IMG/VR virus record: IMGVR_UViG_3300032223_002826
Location: 1-53,581 of that record
DNA: 53,581 nucleotides
Strand: one strand, 5' to 3'
DNA from: a virus
Lineage: Duplodnaviria > Caudoviricetes
Program-made: the position numbers and the translations under genes
Part shown: positions 37,946 through 47,305 of the stretch, in pieces
Layout of the letters: every line of letters begins with the position of its first letter
Numbering within the stretch: position 1 is the first letter of the stretch
Notes under the pieces: model-generated
Told to the model about the DNA's origin: nothing
What the model saw: the letters and a program-made list of their open reading frames with translations, nothing else
Databases searched by the model: none

Positions 37946-38818
37946 ATGAGCAACAAGGTTTACGAGGTGATCGCCGAAAGCATCACCAATGCACTGGACA
38001 AAGGCGTCGTGCCATGGCGCAAGCCGTGGAACGCGGAGCAGATGACGCCACGCAACATGAAGGGCGTGCCGTATCGTGGCATCAATGTGTGGTTGCTCAT
38101 GCTGCAGGGTCATGGTAGCCCGTATTGGGCAACCTACAAGCAGGTCAACGAGGCTGGCGGCACGATTGTGGCAGGCGCAGAAGGTACGCCTATTGTGTTC
38201 TGGTCGCGCTACGAGGTTGAAGACGAGAATGCAGGCGGCGAAAAAACCGTCAAGAGCATCCCTGTGATTCGCTACTACAAGGTGTTCAATCAGTCGCAGA
38301 TCAAGGGCATTGAGTTCCCTCCGCTGCCTACGGTAGGCAAGAGCGAGTTCTCGCCGATTGAGGCTGCAGAGCGTGTGATTTCATCTATGCCAAAGCGCCC
38401 AGACATTAGCGATAATGGTGGAGCCAAGGCGTATTATGTCCCCTCGCAGGATAGTATTCACATGCCAAGCAAGGATACCTTTGAGAGCGCAAATGGGTAT
38501 TATGCGACGCTCTTCCACGAGATGGCGCATAGCACTGGGCATTCGTCTCGCCTCGCTCGCAAGAGCGTTGATGAAGCGGCGCCATTCGGTAGCGACATCT
38601 ACGCTCAGGAAGAGTTGATTGCTGAGTTTGCTTCGGCGTTCCTCTGCGGAGAGACTGGCATCTCGCCGTCGGTGATTGAGAACGCTGCAGCATATATTGC
38701 TGGCTGGAAGCGAGCGATCAAGGACGACACCCGTGCCGTGATCTCCGCAGCAAGCAAGGCGCAGAAGGCGGCTGACTACATCCTCGGACGGGAGGATGCA
38801 GTTGCCAAGGCAGCGTAG
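37946..38818 (+). CDS. ardC: ArdC-family antirestriction / ssDNA-binding zincin protein
   Basis: GVVPWRKPW, YRGIN..LL, WATYKQ, VFN..Q, AYY.P..D.I.MP, TLFHEMAHSTGH, YA.EELIAE, AAYIAGW. Confidence 0.93.
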   Translation: MSNKVYEVIAESITNALDKGVVPWRKPWNAEQMTPRNMKGVPYRGINVWLLMLQGHGSPYWATYKQVNEAGGTIVAGAEGTPIVFWSRYEVEDENAGGEKTVKSIPVIRYYKVFNQSQIKGIEFPPLPTVGKSEFSPIEAAERVISSMPKRPDISDNGGAKAYYVPSQDSIHMPSKDTFESANGYYATLFHEMAHSTGHSSRLARKSVDEAAPFGSDIYAQEELIAEFASAFLCGETGISPSVIENAAAYIAGWKRAIKDDTRAVISAASKAQKAADYILGREDAVAKAA

Positions 38819-38963
38819 TCGCTGCAACACATGCTTCCGTCCGAGCGAAGGCTCGGAGTGCAGGAAGTGCAAAGGCAAGCGAGAGGCGGCGGAGATTGTC
38901 CGTCGCCTCATCGCAGAGTTAGAGAAGGAGATTCAGGATGGCAAACAGCGAGTTCAAGATTGA
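38796..38963 (+). CDS. small zinc-finger protein (55 aa, below the ORF-track cutoff)
   Basis: MQLPRQRSRCNTCFRPSEGSECRKCK...; start uncertain (alternative TTG 38802). Confidence 0.5.
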   Translation: MQLPRQRSRCNTCFRPSEGSECRKCKGKREAAEIVRRLIAELEKEIQDGKQRVQD

Positions 38964-39237
38964 GGATTTCATGAACGCAGTCGCAGAGGTTATGGGGTTC
39001 GGCAGCGCGTGGAGTAAGGACATTGACGGCACAATCGTGGAAGAGAATATCTTCTTCCATGGGGCTGAGGTATCCGATGATAATGGTCGCGTACATGTGC
39101 AGTTTGCGCTTTCATATCCAAGCCGAGAGCATTCGGAGGCTGGTCTTGCACTGCTCTTGACGGCAGGCGAGGCTCGTCAGTTCGCCAAGGTTTTCACCGT
39201 AGCGGCAGACCTGCTTGACGCGCAGGAAGGTATCTAG
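38938..39237 (+). CDS. hypothetical protein
   Basis: AAGGAG RBS; 99 aa. Confidence 0.7.
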   Translation: MANSEFKIEDFMNAVAEVMGFGSAWSKDIDGTIVEENIFFHGAEVSDDNGRVHVQFALSYPSREHSEAGLALLLTAGEARQFAKVFTVAADLLDAQEGI

Positions 39238-39243
39238 TACACT
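39215..39243 (+). promoter_or_regulatory. promoter of recombinase
   Basis: TTGACG, 17 nt, TACACT. Confidence 0.65.
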
Positions 39244-39307
39244 CGGGGGCAACCCCGATCGGGTGAGTCTGAGTGGCTCACAAAACGGGTATATAGGAGG
39301 GTGCAAC

Positions 39308-40186
39308 ATGGACATGAACGCAGCAGTCAGCCTATTCGTTAGCCAGCGGCAGTCAAGCGAGACGCGCCGTTCGTATGCTCAGGATCTTGCGCGATGGCAG
39401 TCGTGGCTGGATGAGAAGCAGTTGAGCCCGCAGATTGCGGTGGCGTATCGCGACTATCTTAGCGGCAAGTATGCCTCTGCGACAGCCGCCCGCGCGTTCC
39501 ATACGGTTCGCGTGTTCTATCGCTGGCTGCAATCCGCAGGCATTGTGGCGTCCAATCCGTTTGACGGCATTGAGGCGCCAAAGAAGGTCAAGAATCTAAC
39601 GCCAAAGGTTCCCGCAGATGCGGATATTGAGGCGCTTGTCGCAGCGTCTCTTCGCGAAGATGCGCCCGCTCGCTATGCGGCAGTGATCGCGTTGCTGCTC
39701 AACGGGCTGCGAGCCAGCGAGGTGCGTATGCTTCGCAAGGATGCGATTGAGAAGACGGACTACGGGACGATCCTGCGCGTGGTGGGCAAGGGCGTGAAAG
39801 AGCGCCTTGTGCCAGCAACCAGTGAATCAATCTATGCCTTGCAGCGCTATTGGAGCGACGCGGGAAGCAAGGAGATGAGTTCAGTCTGGGCGTTGCCTGA
39901 TACCAATGGCGAGATGCTCACGGTTCGTCAGGTGCAGCACGCAGTATACAAGTGCGCTGAGTGGGCGGGCATTCATGGGATGCATGCTCACGCCTTGCGG
40001 CATCACTATGCCACGCGGCTAATCCGCAATGGCGCTGGGGTGCTTCAAGTATCTAAGTTGCTTGGGCACTCTCGAGCAGATACCACGCAGGTATATGTGA
40101 CGCTGGACTTGGCAGACCTCGTAGAGGCAGCCAGTGTAGATCCAAGGGCGGTACCTGATAAGCCACGCCTTGTCGCTATCGCATAA
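39308..40186 (+). CDS. XerC/D-like tyrosine recombinase / integrase
   Basis: SAM-like N-terminus; GLRASE, GKG.KER, HALRH, LLGH, TTQVY catalytic set. Confidence 0.93.
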   Translation: MDMNAAVSLFVSQRQSSETRRSYAQDLARWQSWLDEKQLSPQIAVAYRDYLSGKYASATAARAFHTVRVFYRWLQSAGIVASNPFDGIEAPKKVKNLTPKVPADADIEALVAASLREDAPARYAAVIALLLNGLRASEVRMLRKDAIEKTDYGTILRVVGKGVKERLVPATSESIYALQRYWSDAGSKEMSSVWALPDTNGEMLTVRQVQHAVYKCAEWAGIHGMHAHALRHHYATRLIRNGAGVLQVSKLLGHSRADTTQVYVTLDLADLVEAASVDPRAVPDKPRLVAIA

Positions 40187-40188
40187 GT

Positions 40189-40226
40189 AAAGGGGCTGAG
40201 CCGCTTGGTGGCTCAGCCCCTTTTTT
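40189..40226. terminator. bidirectional intrinsic terminator
   Basis: AAAGGGGCTGAGCC...GGCTCAGCCCCTTTTTT between convergent genes. Confidence 0.9.
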
Positions 40227-40227
40227 C

Positions 40228-40716
40228 TTACTTGCGCTTTCGCGCTAACTGCTGTTGCTTCGTGTACGCTTTTATTTCAACATCTTGCTGGGGCTGTTCG
40301 CCCTCAATGTCGAGCAAGCGACGCTCTGCTTCAAGCAGTTCGCGATGGCGCTCCTCCGTGATGATGTGGAGATAAGGAATCAGTTTGCCATTTACATGTG
40401 TCGGCGATGCATTCGTCGGCTCAATGCGAATCAGCGGCTTCTTCCCGTTCTGAAAGGACACCTCATTGATGAGGATCCACCACTTCCACAACTTCGCAGG
40501 AACGATTACTTGCTTTGATTCACCAGCATAGGTTCGGCTCAGCGTATCAAAACGCAGAGCGGTAATGTGACCCACGCGCCCAGTACTGCTGACAGTCCCC
40601 ATCCCCGGACGCATCCGAGGATCGGGACCATCATAGGCGAGTAGCCATTTGCCCATTCGCCGCTCCGCGTCCTTTGATCGGCGCAACCTGCGCTTGATCT
40701 CGGACGCCTCGCTCAT
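40228..40716 (-). CDS. PD-(D/E)xK-like nuclease, possible Holliday junction resolvase
   Basis: AER..., FD.L....AGESK pattern; replication operon. Confidence 0.5.
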   Translation of the reverse strand: MSEASEIKRRLRRSKDAERRMGKWLLAYDGPDPRMRPGMGTVSSTGRVGHITALRFDTLSRTYAGESKQVIVPAKLWKWWILINEVSFQNGKKPLIRIEPTNASPTHVNGKLIPYLHIITEERHRELLEAERRLLDIEGEQPQQDVEIKAYTKQQQLARKRK

Positions 40717-41489
40717 CGGTGGATGCTGCGAATGCTACGCTTGAGGTGACCAAAGGTCTGGCGAAGAACCTCGACATCCGCATCGCAGTGTTCTGCGATG
40801 AGGTCGTAGGCGGTATTGTCGCCAGAGACAGCCCTGTCCCAAGTGACCACATCAAGTGGGGTCTTCTTGGCTGCAGTGCCAAAGTACTTGCTCACGGACT
40901 CAAGTGAGCGACGACCAATCCGCATGGATGAGCCGCTCGCCTGATACATCAAGTCGATGTGCATCCAAGGATCAAGACGCTTGCTTGAGCCGTGGAATGC
41001 TGTACGCCCATTAAGCACGGGAATATCAAACAACTTGCCGTTCCATGAGACAAGGATGTCGAACTGGTTTAGGCGATCAATATACGCTTCCACCAACTCC
41101 TTGTCATCGAGAAGACGATTCGTGCCAGGGAACATGTCACGGCTGAATCGCTCGACCTTACCCCACTCGTCAGTGACGGCGGCATAAAGGACGCGTGGCT
41201 GCGTCGAGAAGGTCGTCTCGATATCGAAGAAACCAATCGTGAAGCCGAGATAATCAGCCCCAGTCGCAGCGTTCTTCTTGGTCTTTGGGAGTTTCGCTGG
41301 CTTTAGCGTCTGGCTCTTGAGAGCCTTCACAGCCTGTGCCTCGAGATTCCCGTCTCGCTGCAACTTCCCCTTACGCTGCCGATAGGCATCGTAGGAGATG
41401 TCGGGATATCGAACCTTGAAGTCCGACCATCCAAGAACGGAGACAGCCTTGTCCTCGTCCTTAGCCCAGAAATGATTGCCATTTGGCAT
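40713..41489 (-). CDS. RNase H-like 3'-5' exonuclease (DnaQ/YprB-like)
   Basis: FFDIET, SWNGKLFDIP, HIDL, HCDADV; GGAG RBS. Confidence 0.88.
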   Translation of the reverse strand: MPNGNHFWAKDEDKAVSVLGWSDFKVRYPDISYDAYRQRKGKLQRDGNLEAQAVKALKSQTLKPAKLPKTKKNAATGADYLGFTIGFFDIETTFSTQPRVLYAAVTDEWGKVERFSRDMFPGTNRLLDDKELVEAYIDRLNQFDILVSWNGKLFDIPVLNGRTAFHGSSKRLDPWMHIDLMYQASGSSMRIGRRSLESVSKYFGTAAKKTPLDVVTWDRAVSGDNTAYDLIAEHCDADVEVLRQTFGHLKRSIRSIHR

Positions 41490-41493
41490 CACT

Positions 41494-41706
41494 CTACTCC
41501 TCTGCATCCTTACGCCTGAACAACCGAGACATAGGGATCTCCCTTCGGTAGACCACTCGTCGCTGTCGCTCCTCGCTGAGGACACCTACTTCGCGCAAGG
41601 ATTTTCCTTGCGCATTTGATGCCTGCGTGAGCAGGCATTCTGTCATTGCCTCCAAATCTTGGAGGTCAGGCATTGGCGGCATCGGCTTTACCTTGCGGCG
41701 TGCCAT
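41494..41706 (-). CDS. hypothetical protein
   Basis: GAGG RBS; fills operon gap. Confidence 0.6.
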   Translation of the reverse strand: MARRKVKPMPPMPDLQDLEAMTECLLTQASNAQGKSLREVGVLSEERQRRVVYRREIPMSRLFRRKDAEE

Positions 41707-42070
41707 CGTTCAACCTCTTTACCGCTTTCTTGGCGGCTCGACTGCGTCGCTGCCGTAAGGCAGCGGGGGTTGCAGTGGTGAAATCAGTAGCCTGCTCTGC
41801 CTTCAGGCTATCTGCCCACCCTGTAAGAGCCACTCTATCGGCGGTCGACATCTCCGTTAGCATTTCCTCTGCCTCAAGGAGGTCAAGATGAAAATCGTTT
41901 CCAATCGCTGACGGATACGAGAAGTCAATACCAACGCGATTGTATCCCTGAAGGATGATGCTGCCACCGTGATTCTTCAAGGCTGAGCGAATCGCGTGGC
42001 GCTCAGCAAGCAGGCGAAGAAAGTACTTCGTCGTGTATGAGAGCGCTTTGATTTCAGTTGCGTTTGCCAT
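41666..42070 (-). CDS. sigma-factor region-4-like HTH protein, possible late activator
   Basis: LDL.EA..ML..MS..DR..L......ATPAALRQRRSRAAKK. Confidence 0.5.
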   Translation of the reverse strand: MANATEIKALSYTTKYFLRLLAERHAIRSALKNHGGSIILQGYNRVGIDFSYPSAIGNDFHLDLLEAEEMLTEMSTADRVALTGWADSLKAEQATDFTTATPAALRQRRSRAAKKAVKRLNDGTPQGKADAANA

Positions 42071-42072
42071 AT

Positions 42073-43113
42073 CTATAGGATAACAGGTGCAAGGTGATAT
42101 GACCAACTTACATCAAGATCGGAGATCTTGATTGGCGTGGTCTTATCGTGGTTCCAAGAAAGGCGAATCTTCTTTCCAGAGAGCCCCCTGACGGCATCTT
42201 CAAGTAGGCTGGCGGCAAGCCAGATGGATCCGCGCCCATCGCTTGTCGCAGGCATGCGGATGGCGGCTCCTTCGTTTGCCTTTGGGAACAGCGTAAGCGT
42301 CTCGCTTTCGGCAAGCAATCGCACCCTGCCAAACTCATCGCCATTAGACGACATCTTTAGATTCTCAAGCAACGGCTTCCGATCGACAACCACACTGGCT
42401 GAATACTGATCTACCGATGGCAAAAGCGGAGGCGTGTTATCCAAGTCGGAACGATGGATTGCAAGATATTTACCAGCCTTGATGCTAGTCATTCGTTCGC
42501 CATGGTGCGTAGCGATACCAGCGCTATCAATCCCCTTGACTGACTTGCAAAACGATGCAAAAACAGCATGCAGTGGAGCATTACCGTGGCGTGCGTCAAC
42601 AGCAAGGGTATGCTTCAGGGCATAAAATCCAAGGCGATCAGCATACTCAAAGTATGCATACTTGCCAGTGCCAAACTTCTCCTCCACGCCATCTACAGCC
42701 TTTGCCAAAGTCTCAAGGAACCCAGCAGGAAATGGCGCAGAAGAAACTACGGTGCTAGGCGCTCGATTCCATTCAGATGGAACCTTATTATCACCGACGA
42801 TAGGGAGATCGACTGAGGCGGCGCCGAAGCGAAGGCGCACTCCAGTATTGCCGACCGTCAAGTCGACCTCCCCTTTCCCCTTGAGGCTCTTTGCTGCGGA
42901 CAGGAGCAGCCGAGCGGGGACAATAGCCAAACCGTTTTCTTTGGTCTCAGCGGCGTCAACGATAAGGGTGCTGCTGTCATCACCAGCGATGAACTTGAGT
43001 CGACCAGCCGCAGCCTGAATAAGGATGCGGTCTGTCGGCGTTGGTGCCTTCTCCCTAATCGCAGCAAAACGACCAAGGTTTTCGCAGACTTCACGCAGTT
43101 CTTCGACGAGCAA
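42073..43113 (-). CDS. divergent DNA polymerase III beta sliding-clamp-like protein
   Basis: 346 aa; ILI.A..G.L...A.D, G..IVPAR.L, V.R..L...LK, C-terminal TPI.I....Y.LAPV. Confidence 0.75.
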   Translation of the reverse strand: MLVEELREVCENLGRFAAIREKAPTPTDRILIQAAAGRLKFIAGDDSSTLIVDAAETKENGLAIVPARLLLSAAKSLKGKGEVDLTVGNTGVRLRFGAASVDLPIVGDNKVPSEWNRAPSTVVSSAPFPAGFLETLAKAVDGVEEKFGTGKYAYFEYADRLGFYALKHTLAVDARHGNAPLHAVFASFCKSVKGIDSAGIATHHGERMTSIKAGKYLAIHRSDLDNTPPLLPSVDQYSASVVVDRKPLLENLKMSSNGDEFGRVRLLAESETLTLFPKANEGAAIRMPATSDGRGSIWLAASLLEDAVRGLSGKKIRLSWNHDKTTPIKISDLDVSWSYHLAPVIL

Positions 43114-43156
43114 TGTTTACCCCCAATATGTTGTGTTGTTGACATCAATAACAATA

Positions 43157-43639
43157 CTAACGCCCGCCTTTTCGATCTCCAACTTTTCCATAGTCCCAGT
43201 CAATCCTTACATAGATAACGCCTCTGCCAAGACTGGCAAGTTGCGAGAAAGCAGTTGGAGACAAATCAATGATTCGAGAGTTCCTTGTCCATGGTCTTTT
43301 TGCCGCATCTGTTGCGCCTTGGCAAAAATCCCTTACGATGACAACAACACATCTGTTATAACCGATTCGGCAAACTCTTACTTTATATGGATGATTGGTA
43401 GAAAGCCTGTAATGAGCAACTGCTGCGTACATCACTAGTTCACCGCCACGACCACCCTTAGCCTTGCTTAAATATGGAGAACAAGTATTCCTTCTTCCAA
43501 GGTAAGTTTGATGATGCAAGCAATGAGCGCCATACCATGTTGCAGTGCCGTATTTATGCTCATAAGGATTGCCCTCTGCTGGTGTCCACACTCCTCCTGC
43601 CGCCATTGCAAGTGAAAGGATTGCGGCAACCATTGTCAT
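43157..43639 (-). CDS. secreted RlpA-like double-psi beta-barrel protein
   Basis: signal peptide; GTATWYG, V.V.VRDFC, RIIDLSP.AF..LA.L..GVI.V. Confidence 0.8.
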   Translation of the reverse strand: MTMVAAILSLAMAAGGVWTPAEGNPYEHKYGTATWYGAHCLHHQTYLGRRNTCSPYLSKAKGGRGGELVMYAAVAHYRLSTNHPYKVRVCRIGYNRCVVVIVRDFCQGATDAAKRPWTRNSRIIDLSPTAFSQLASLGRGVIYVRIDWDYGKVGDRKGGR

Positions 43640-44016
43640 CCTCCGTTCCTTCCAAGGAACTTGATTGCATTTATTGCCTGCTCGACTGAGTATAGCAGAT
43701 TCTTTAACTTTCGAGCCTTCTCATAAGCGCGAATCTCAGCCTTCTTATGATCGTATGTTAGCACAAGTGCCTTCGCATTGACCGACGATTCTGTGACCTT
43801 TTCGCCAGATACAGCCGCCTTATCGCGAATATCTGCCGCAGTCGTAGCCTCAGCATGCTTGCGTTCAGCCTCTGCCATCTCAGCATCTGACTCAGCCTGC
43901 GCCGCAAGATAGCCAATGTAGGTGTATTGCGAAACAAGGTAGTCAAGGTCTGCAGTTGTTGGACTTGTTGCAAGGATTGTCATCAACTGCGTTAGTTTAT
44001 CTTGATCTGCTGTCAC
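43636..44016 (-). CDS. helical coiled-coil protein (possibly UvsY-like mediator)
   Basis: Ala/Glu/Lys helical sequence, size and context. Confidence 0.45.
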   Translation of the reverse strand: MTADQDKLTQLMTILATSPTTADLDYLVSQYTYIGYLAAQAESDAEMAEAERKHAEATTAADIRDKAAVSGEKVTESSVNAKALVLTYDHKKAEIRAYEKARKLKNLLYSVEQAINAIKFLGRNGG

Positions 44017-44210
44017 TTGCCCACCTCATGCTTATGAATCCATACAAAACGGCTATGCCCACGCGGACCATCAAACATAATGGTTTTGATACGCGCGCTT
44101 TCTGCAAGGCTCTCAATGGATCCGCCGCACTTGAAGCAGTGCTGCATTCTCCAGCGCGAACCAGCGCCCTTGGCATCACTTGTTGCCGTCTTCTTTTTTC
44201 CTGGTGCCAT
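44013..44210 (-). CDS. small zinc-binding protein
   Basis: GGAGG RBS; CFKC...HKH. Confidence 0.6.
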   Translation of the reverse strand: MAPGKKKTATSDAKGAGSRWRMQHCFKCGGSIESLAESARIKTIMFDGPRGHSRFVWIHKHEVGK

Positions 44211-45491
44211 TTAGTCCTCCTCTCCTGCTTCCATCTCCGTGATCTTTCCAGTCGGAAGATCAAGGTGCGTAGGAACAACGCTTAGTTCACCATGTCGATT
44301 CTTGACAATATGGAAGTCAAGGATCGGGCTCTGCTTGACGCGATCGCGCTTGAGCATGATGCCAACATCAGCAGCATCTCGGATCGCACCGCTACCCTTG
44401 AATGAATAATAGTTATTGTCGCCGCCGTCCTGCTGGTATCGCGCCATTTCGTTTGATACCTGCGAGAAAGCAATGACCGTGCAGTTCAGTTCCTTTGCCA
44501 GCAACTGACTCTGAATCGCCACTTCCCGAGCATCGCCAACCTCATCGCCAGATGAGCCAGAGACATTCTGCAAGAAGTCAATCAGAAGGACATCAAGCCC
44601 CGTTGTTTCCTTCATGCGCTGAGCCTGCAACCGAATGTCCGCCATGCGATAGACCGTGTCAAAAACACGCAAGTTCGCACGGGCAATCTCTGCCTCTGCA
44701 TCCTTTAGCGCCTGCGCAGAGTCGAAGGAATCTGTCGGAAGACGATCACGAATGGCGCGTTGCGGTACATTAGAGATTAGGGATAAAAGTCGGACAAGAT
44801 ACTGCTCCTGCGTCATCTCTGTTGAGATAATACCCACCCAGCGACCACGCTCTCGCATGACATCGCGCACAATATTGCAGGCGACGGCACTCTTGCCAGT
44901 CGAAGAGAAGCCACCAACAACCCAGAAGTGCCCAGCATGAAGTCCGCCAGTCAAGGTCTGAATCGTGGGCGAGAAACGCAACGGAATGCCCGACGATGGT
45001 CCTGCTGTGCGCATGCGCCGCAGGATGTCTGTAGGGTCTGGGCTGCGCTCTGGTGCTGGCATTGCATCCCGAACCTTGCGGAGCATGGTTTCAGCCTCAC
45101 TGATAGCAGCATCGGTATCGCTTCGGTGCTCGCGGGCAATCTCAATAATGCCTGCACCAACACTCGCAAGTTCGCGACTGACCGCAAGCCCCTTGACTGT
45201 GCGTGCGTACTCAATCGCCTGAGGAACGCTTACCACAAGCGTTGATAGTCGTGCAAGATATTCATGCGTCGTTCCAGCATCGCTCACGCGAAGTTCCTCA
45301 AGGATCAGTGGCATATCTGGCTGCTTACGCTCGGATACAACCGCATCGATTGCCTTGAAGACGCGACGGTTCTCGCTGCCAAGGAAGTCTTCCGACTTTA
45401 GTGCGACCTCATTGATACTCCAGAATGCGTCTGGGTGTTTAAGCATGCCTGCCAGCACCAATGCCTCTGCTTCCTGATTGTATAGTTCCAT
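44211..45491 (-). CDS. dnaB: DnaB-like replicative helicase
   Basis: GGFSSTGKS Walker A, STEM, LLIDFLQ, SQVS, KGSGAIRDAAD, KNRHG; DnaB N-terminal domain. Confidence 0.95.
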   Translation of the reverse strand: MELYNQEAEALVLAGMLKHPDAFWSINEVALKSEDFLGSENRRVFKAIDAVVSERKQPDMPLILEELRVSDAGTTHEYLARLSTLVVSVPQAIEYARTVKGLAVSRELASVGAGIIEIAREHRSDTDAAISEAETMLRKVRDAMPAPERSPDPTDILRRMRTAGPSSGIPLRFSPTIQTLTGGLHAGHFWVVGGFSSTGKSAVACNIVRDVMRERGRWVGIISTEMTQEQYLVRLLSLISNVPQRAIRDRLPTDSFDSAQALKDAEAEIARANLRVFDTVYRMADIRLQAQRMKETTGLDVLLIDFLQNVSGSSGDEVGDAREVAIQSQLLAKELNCTVIAFSQVSNEMARYQQDGGDNNYYSFKGSGAIRDAADVGIMLKRDRVKQSPILDFHIVKNRHGELSVVPTHLDLPTGKITEMEAGEED

Positions 45492-45492
45492 A

Positions 45493-46464
45493 TTATTTCC
45501 TCTTCCCCTTCTCCTTCGCGCGATCGCGCGGTGGGATCTTCCCTACAGAGTTGCCTTTCTTCCACTCAGCCTCAGCCTCTTTTGCCGCAAGCGAATGGCA
45601 CAGATCTTTTGCTCGGCAATAGCCGCATTGCCAAAGATCGTCCGTTGGAACCATAGCATACGGCAGTGGTTTCTTTGCATTTTTGGTTGCCGCAAGCGTC
45701 AGCAGTCGGTCGTCAAGGAATGCATCTGCCTCCTCGTCCGTCCAGATCTGTCGTGGCTTTGCGCGACCATTTGCATGCGTGCCACCGTCCGTGAGAGGGA
45801 TCAACTTGACGCCCTCCATAGCGATGTACACAAACTCAATGTCGGTAATCTTCGGGTCAATGCGTAGAAGCCAACGATATAGGTTCCCCTGCTTCTGATG
45901 GCTTGGTGCCGCATAGTTATATGAAGGAAGTTCATTCTTTGTCTTCCAGTCGCGAATCAAGAACCGCGCCCCATCAGGAATCTTTGGCGCTTCTGGAATC
46001 GGCTGATTCTCGTTCTCGGCAGCATATGCCAAGTCGCACCAATCCAGCCAGCCCGCTAGGAACTCTTTTGCATTCTCAACGCCCGTCACGCGGACTGAGT
46101 CAATCTGACCGCTGATGGTTACGCCCTTATAGACGCGCCAAAGACGGCGCTCAACCACTGCATCCTCTGGCTTATTTGCCTCAAGCATGCTGTGTGCAAG
46201 CGTGCCGCGCCACATGATGAAGTTGCTTGTGGGCTCTGCATAATATTCATGCTGCTTCTCAAGGGTCACGGCGCGAGCACAGCCAAGAATCTGCGTGACG
46301 GAAATACCGTCAGGGCGATTCTTCTGCGTCATGTCCTTGTAAAGACCTTGCAGAATCTCATATGGAAAATCCAGAGCCGCTCCGTAGGCATTTGCCTCGT
46401 TAAGCCACTCTTCAAACGGCGCTTCTTTACCCGTTGCTGGGTCGCGCCAACCAATCTGTCCCAT
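45493..46464 (-). CDS. Cas4-like / PD-(D/E)xK exonuclease with Fe-S cysteines
   Basis: SVTQILGC, GT.AH, GQID, DWKT, Q..LY, CGYC.AKDLC. Confidence 0.88.
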   Translation of the reverse strand: MGQIGWRDPATGKEAPFEEWLNEANAYGAALDFPYEILQGLYKDMTQKNRPDGISVTQILGCARAVTLEKQHEYYAEPTSNFIMWRGTLAHSMLEANKPEDAVVERRLWRVYKGVTISGQIDSVRVTGVENAKEFLAGWLDWCDLAYAAENENQPIPEAPKIPDGARFLIRDWKTKNELPSYNYAAPSHQKQGNLYRWLLRIDPKITDIEFVYIAMEGVKLIPLTDGGTHANGRAKPRQIWTDEEADAFLDDRLLTLAATKNAKKPLPYAMVPTDDLWQCGYCRAKDLCHSLAAKEAEAEWKKGNSVGKIPPRDRAKEKGKRK

Positions 46465-46643
46465 GGTGCCTCCTTCTCGCTAGGTTGATAAGGTAGCATC
46501 TCGGCAAGAAACCACCAACTTCGTGCTGCATTTGGAGAAAGTTTCGACAAGCGTTATGATGTCGACATGCCAAACACGCTAGAAGCGTTTAGGTACTCAC
46601 AGGGAGTATCTAGTAAAGGCATTATAAGCCCTAGGAGGGTATA

Positions 46644-47225
46644 ATGGGATTTAACATTCCTAGCGAGCAGGAACTCGCAAGCCGTGGTAACGGAGGTAAC
46701 TATTCACTTCTGCCTGAGGACGAGTATCTCGTCGAAATCAAGCAGATTGATGTTGAGAAGCAGCCTGACACCTTTAATGGTGGGGCTCTTCGCGATGTAG
46801 CCAAGGTTCGCCTCGGCATTGTATCGTTTGCAGATGGCAGCCCTGCTGTGGATGTCGATGGTAAAGAGGCAAATGATCGCCTCTTCTTTGACTTCATTGA
46901 CATCAACAAGGTTGGCATGAAGCCGCGTCCGTCCAAGGCGCGCAAGTTCTTTGCTGCCTGCCTTAATCAGGCGGTCGGCGATGCGCTGACGCTTTCGTCG
47001 TTTGACGAACTGCTTGGCAAGCGCATTGTTGTTGCAACGATTCACCGTACCAGTCAGGCTGGCGTGACTCGCAACACCATCACTGAGTACCGTGCACAGC
47101 GTGCACGCACTCGCCCAACCCCTGCTGCTGGCACTACCACTGCGGTATCTGCCCCAGCCGAGCAGCCAGTCGATCTCGCTTCTAAGGCGAAGGAGATCTT
47201 TGGCAGCGAGGAAGTCCCGTTCTAA
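46644..47225 (+). CDS. putative ssDNA-binding protein (DUF669-like)
   Basis: YSLLPEDEY.VEI; acidic C-terminus EEVPF; AGGAGG RBS. Confidence 0.75.
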   Translation: MGFNIPSEQELASRGNGGNYSLLPEDEYLVEIKQIDVEKQPDTFNGGALRDVAKVRLGIVSFADGSPAVDVDGKEANDRLFFDFIDINKVGMKPRPSKARKFFAACLNQAVGDALTLSSFDELLGKRIVVATIHRTSQAGVTRNTITEYRAQRARTRPTPAAGTTTAVSAPAEQPVDLASKAKEIFGSEEVPF

Positions 47226-47244
47226 GAAACCCATCCTAGGGGGC

Positions 47245-47273
47245 TTGACGCGGGTCTGGTGGGCATGTACTGT
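47245..47273 (+). promoter_or_regulatory. candidate promoter
   Basis: TTGACG, 17 nt, TACTGT. Confidence 0.5.
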
Positions 47274-47305
47274 CAGACCCGCAACCAAGCAAAGAAGGAG
47301 GGGAA

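Noticed and set aside
45493-46464. CRISPR-Cas system from the Cas4-like gene
   Set aside because: Stand-alone phage exonuclease beside DnaB; no cas1/cas2 or array
46544-46565. Operator TCGACA-N10-TGTCGA in the divergent intergenic region
   Set aside because: Single 6-bp inverted repeat, compatible with chance
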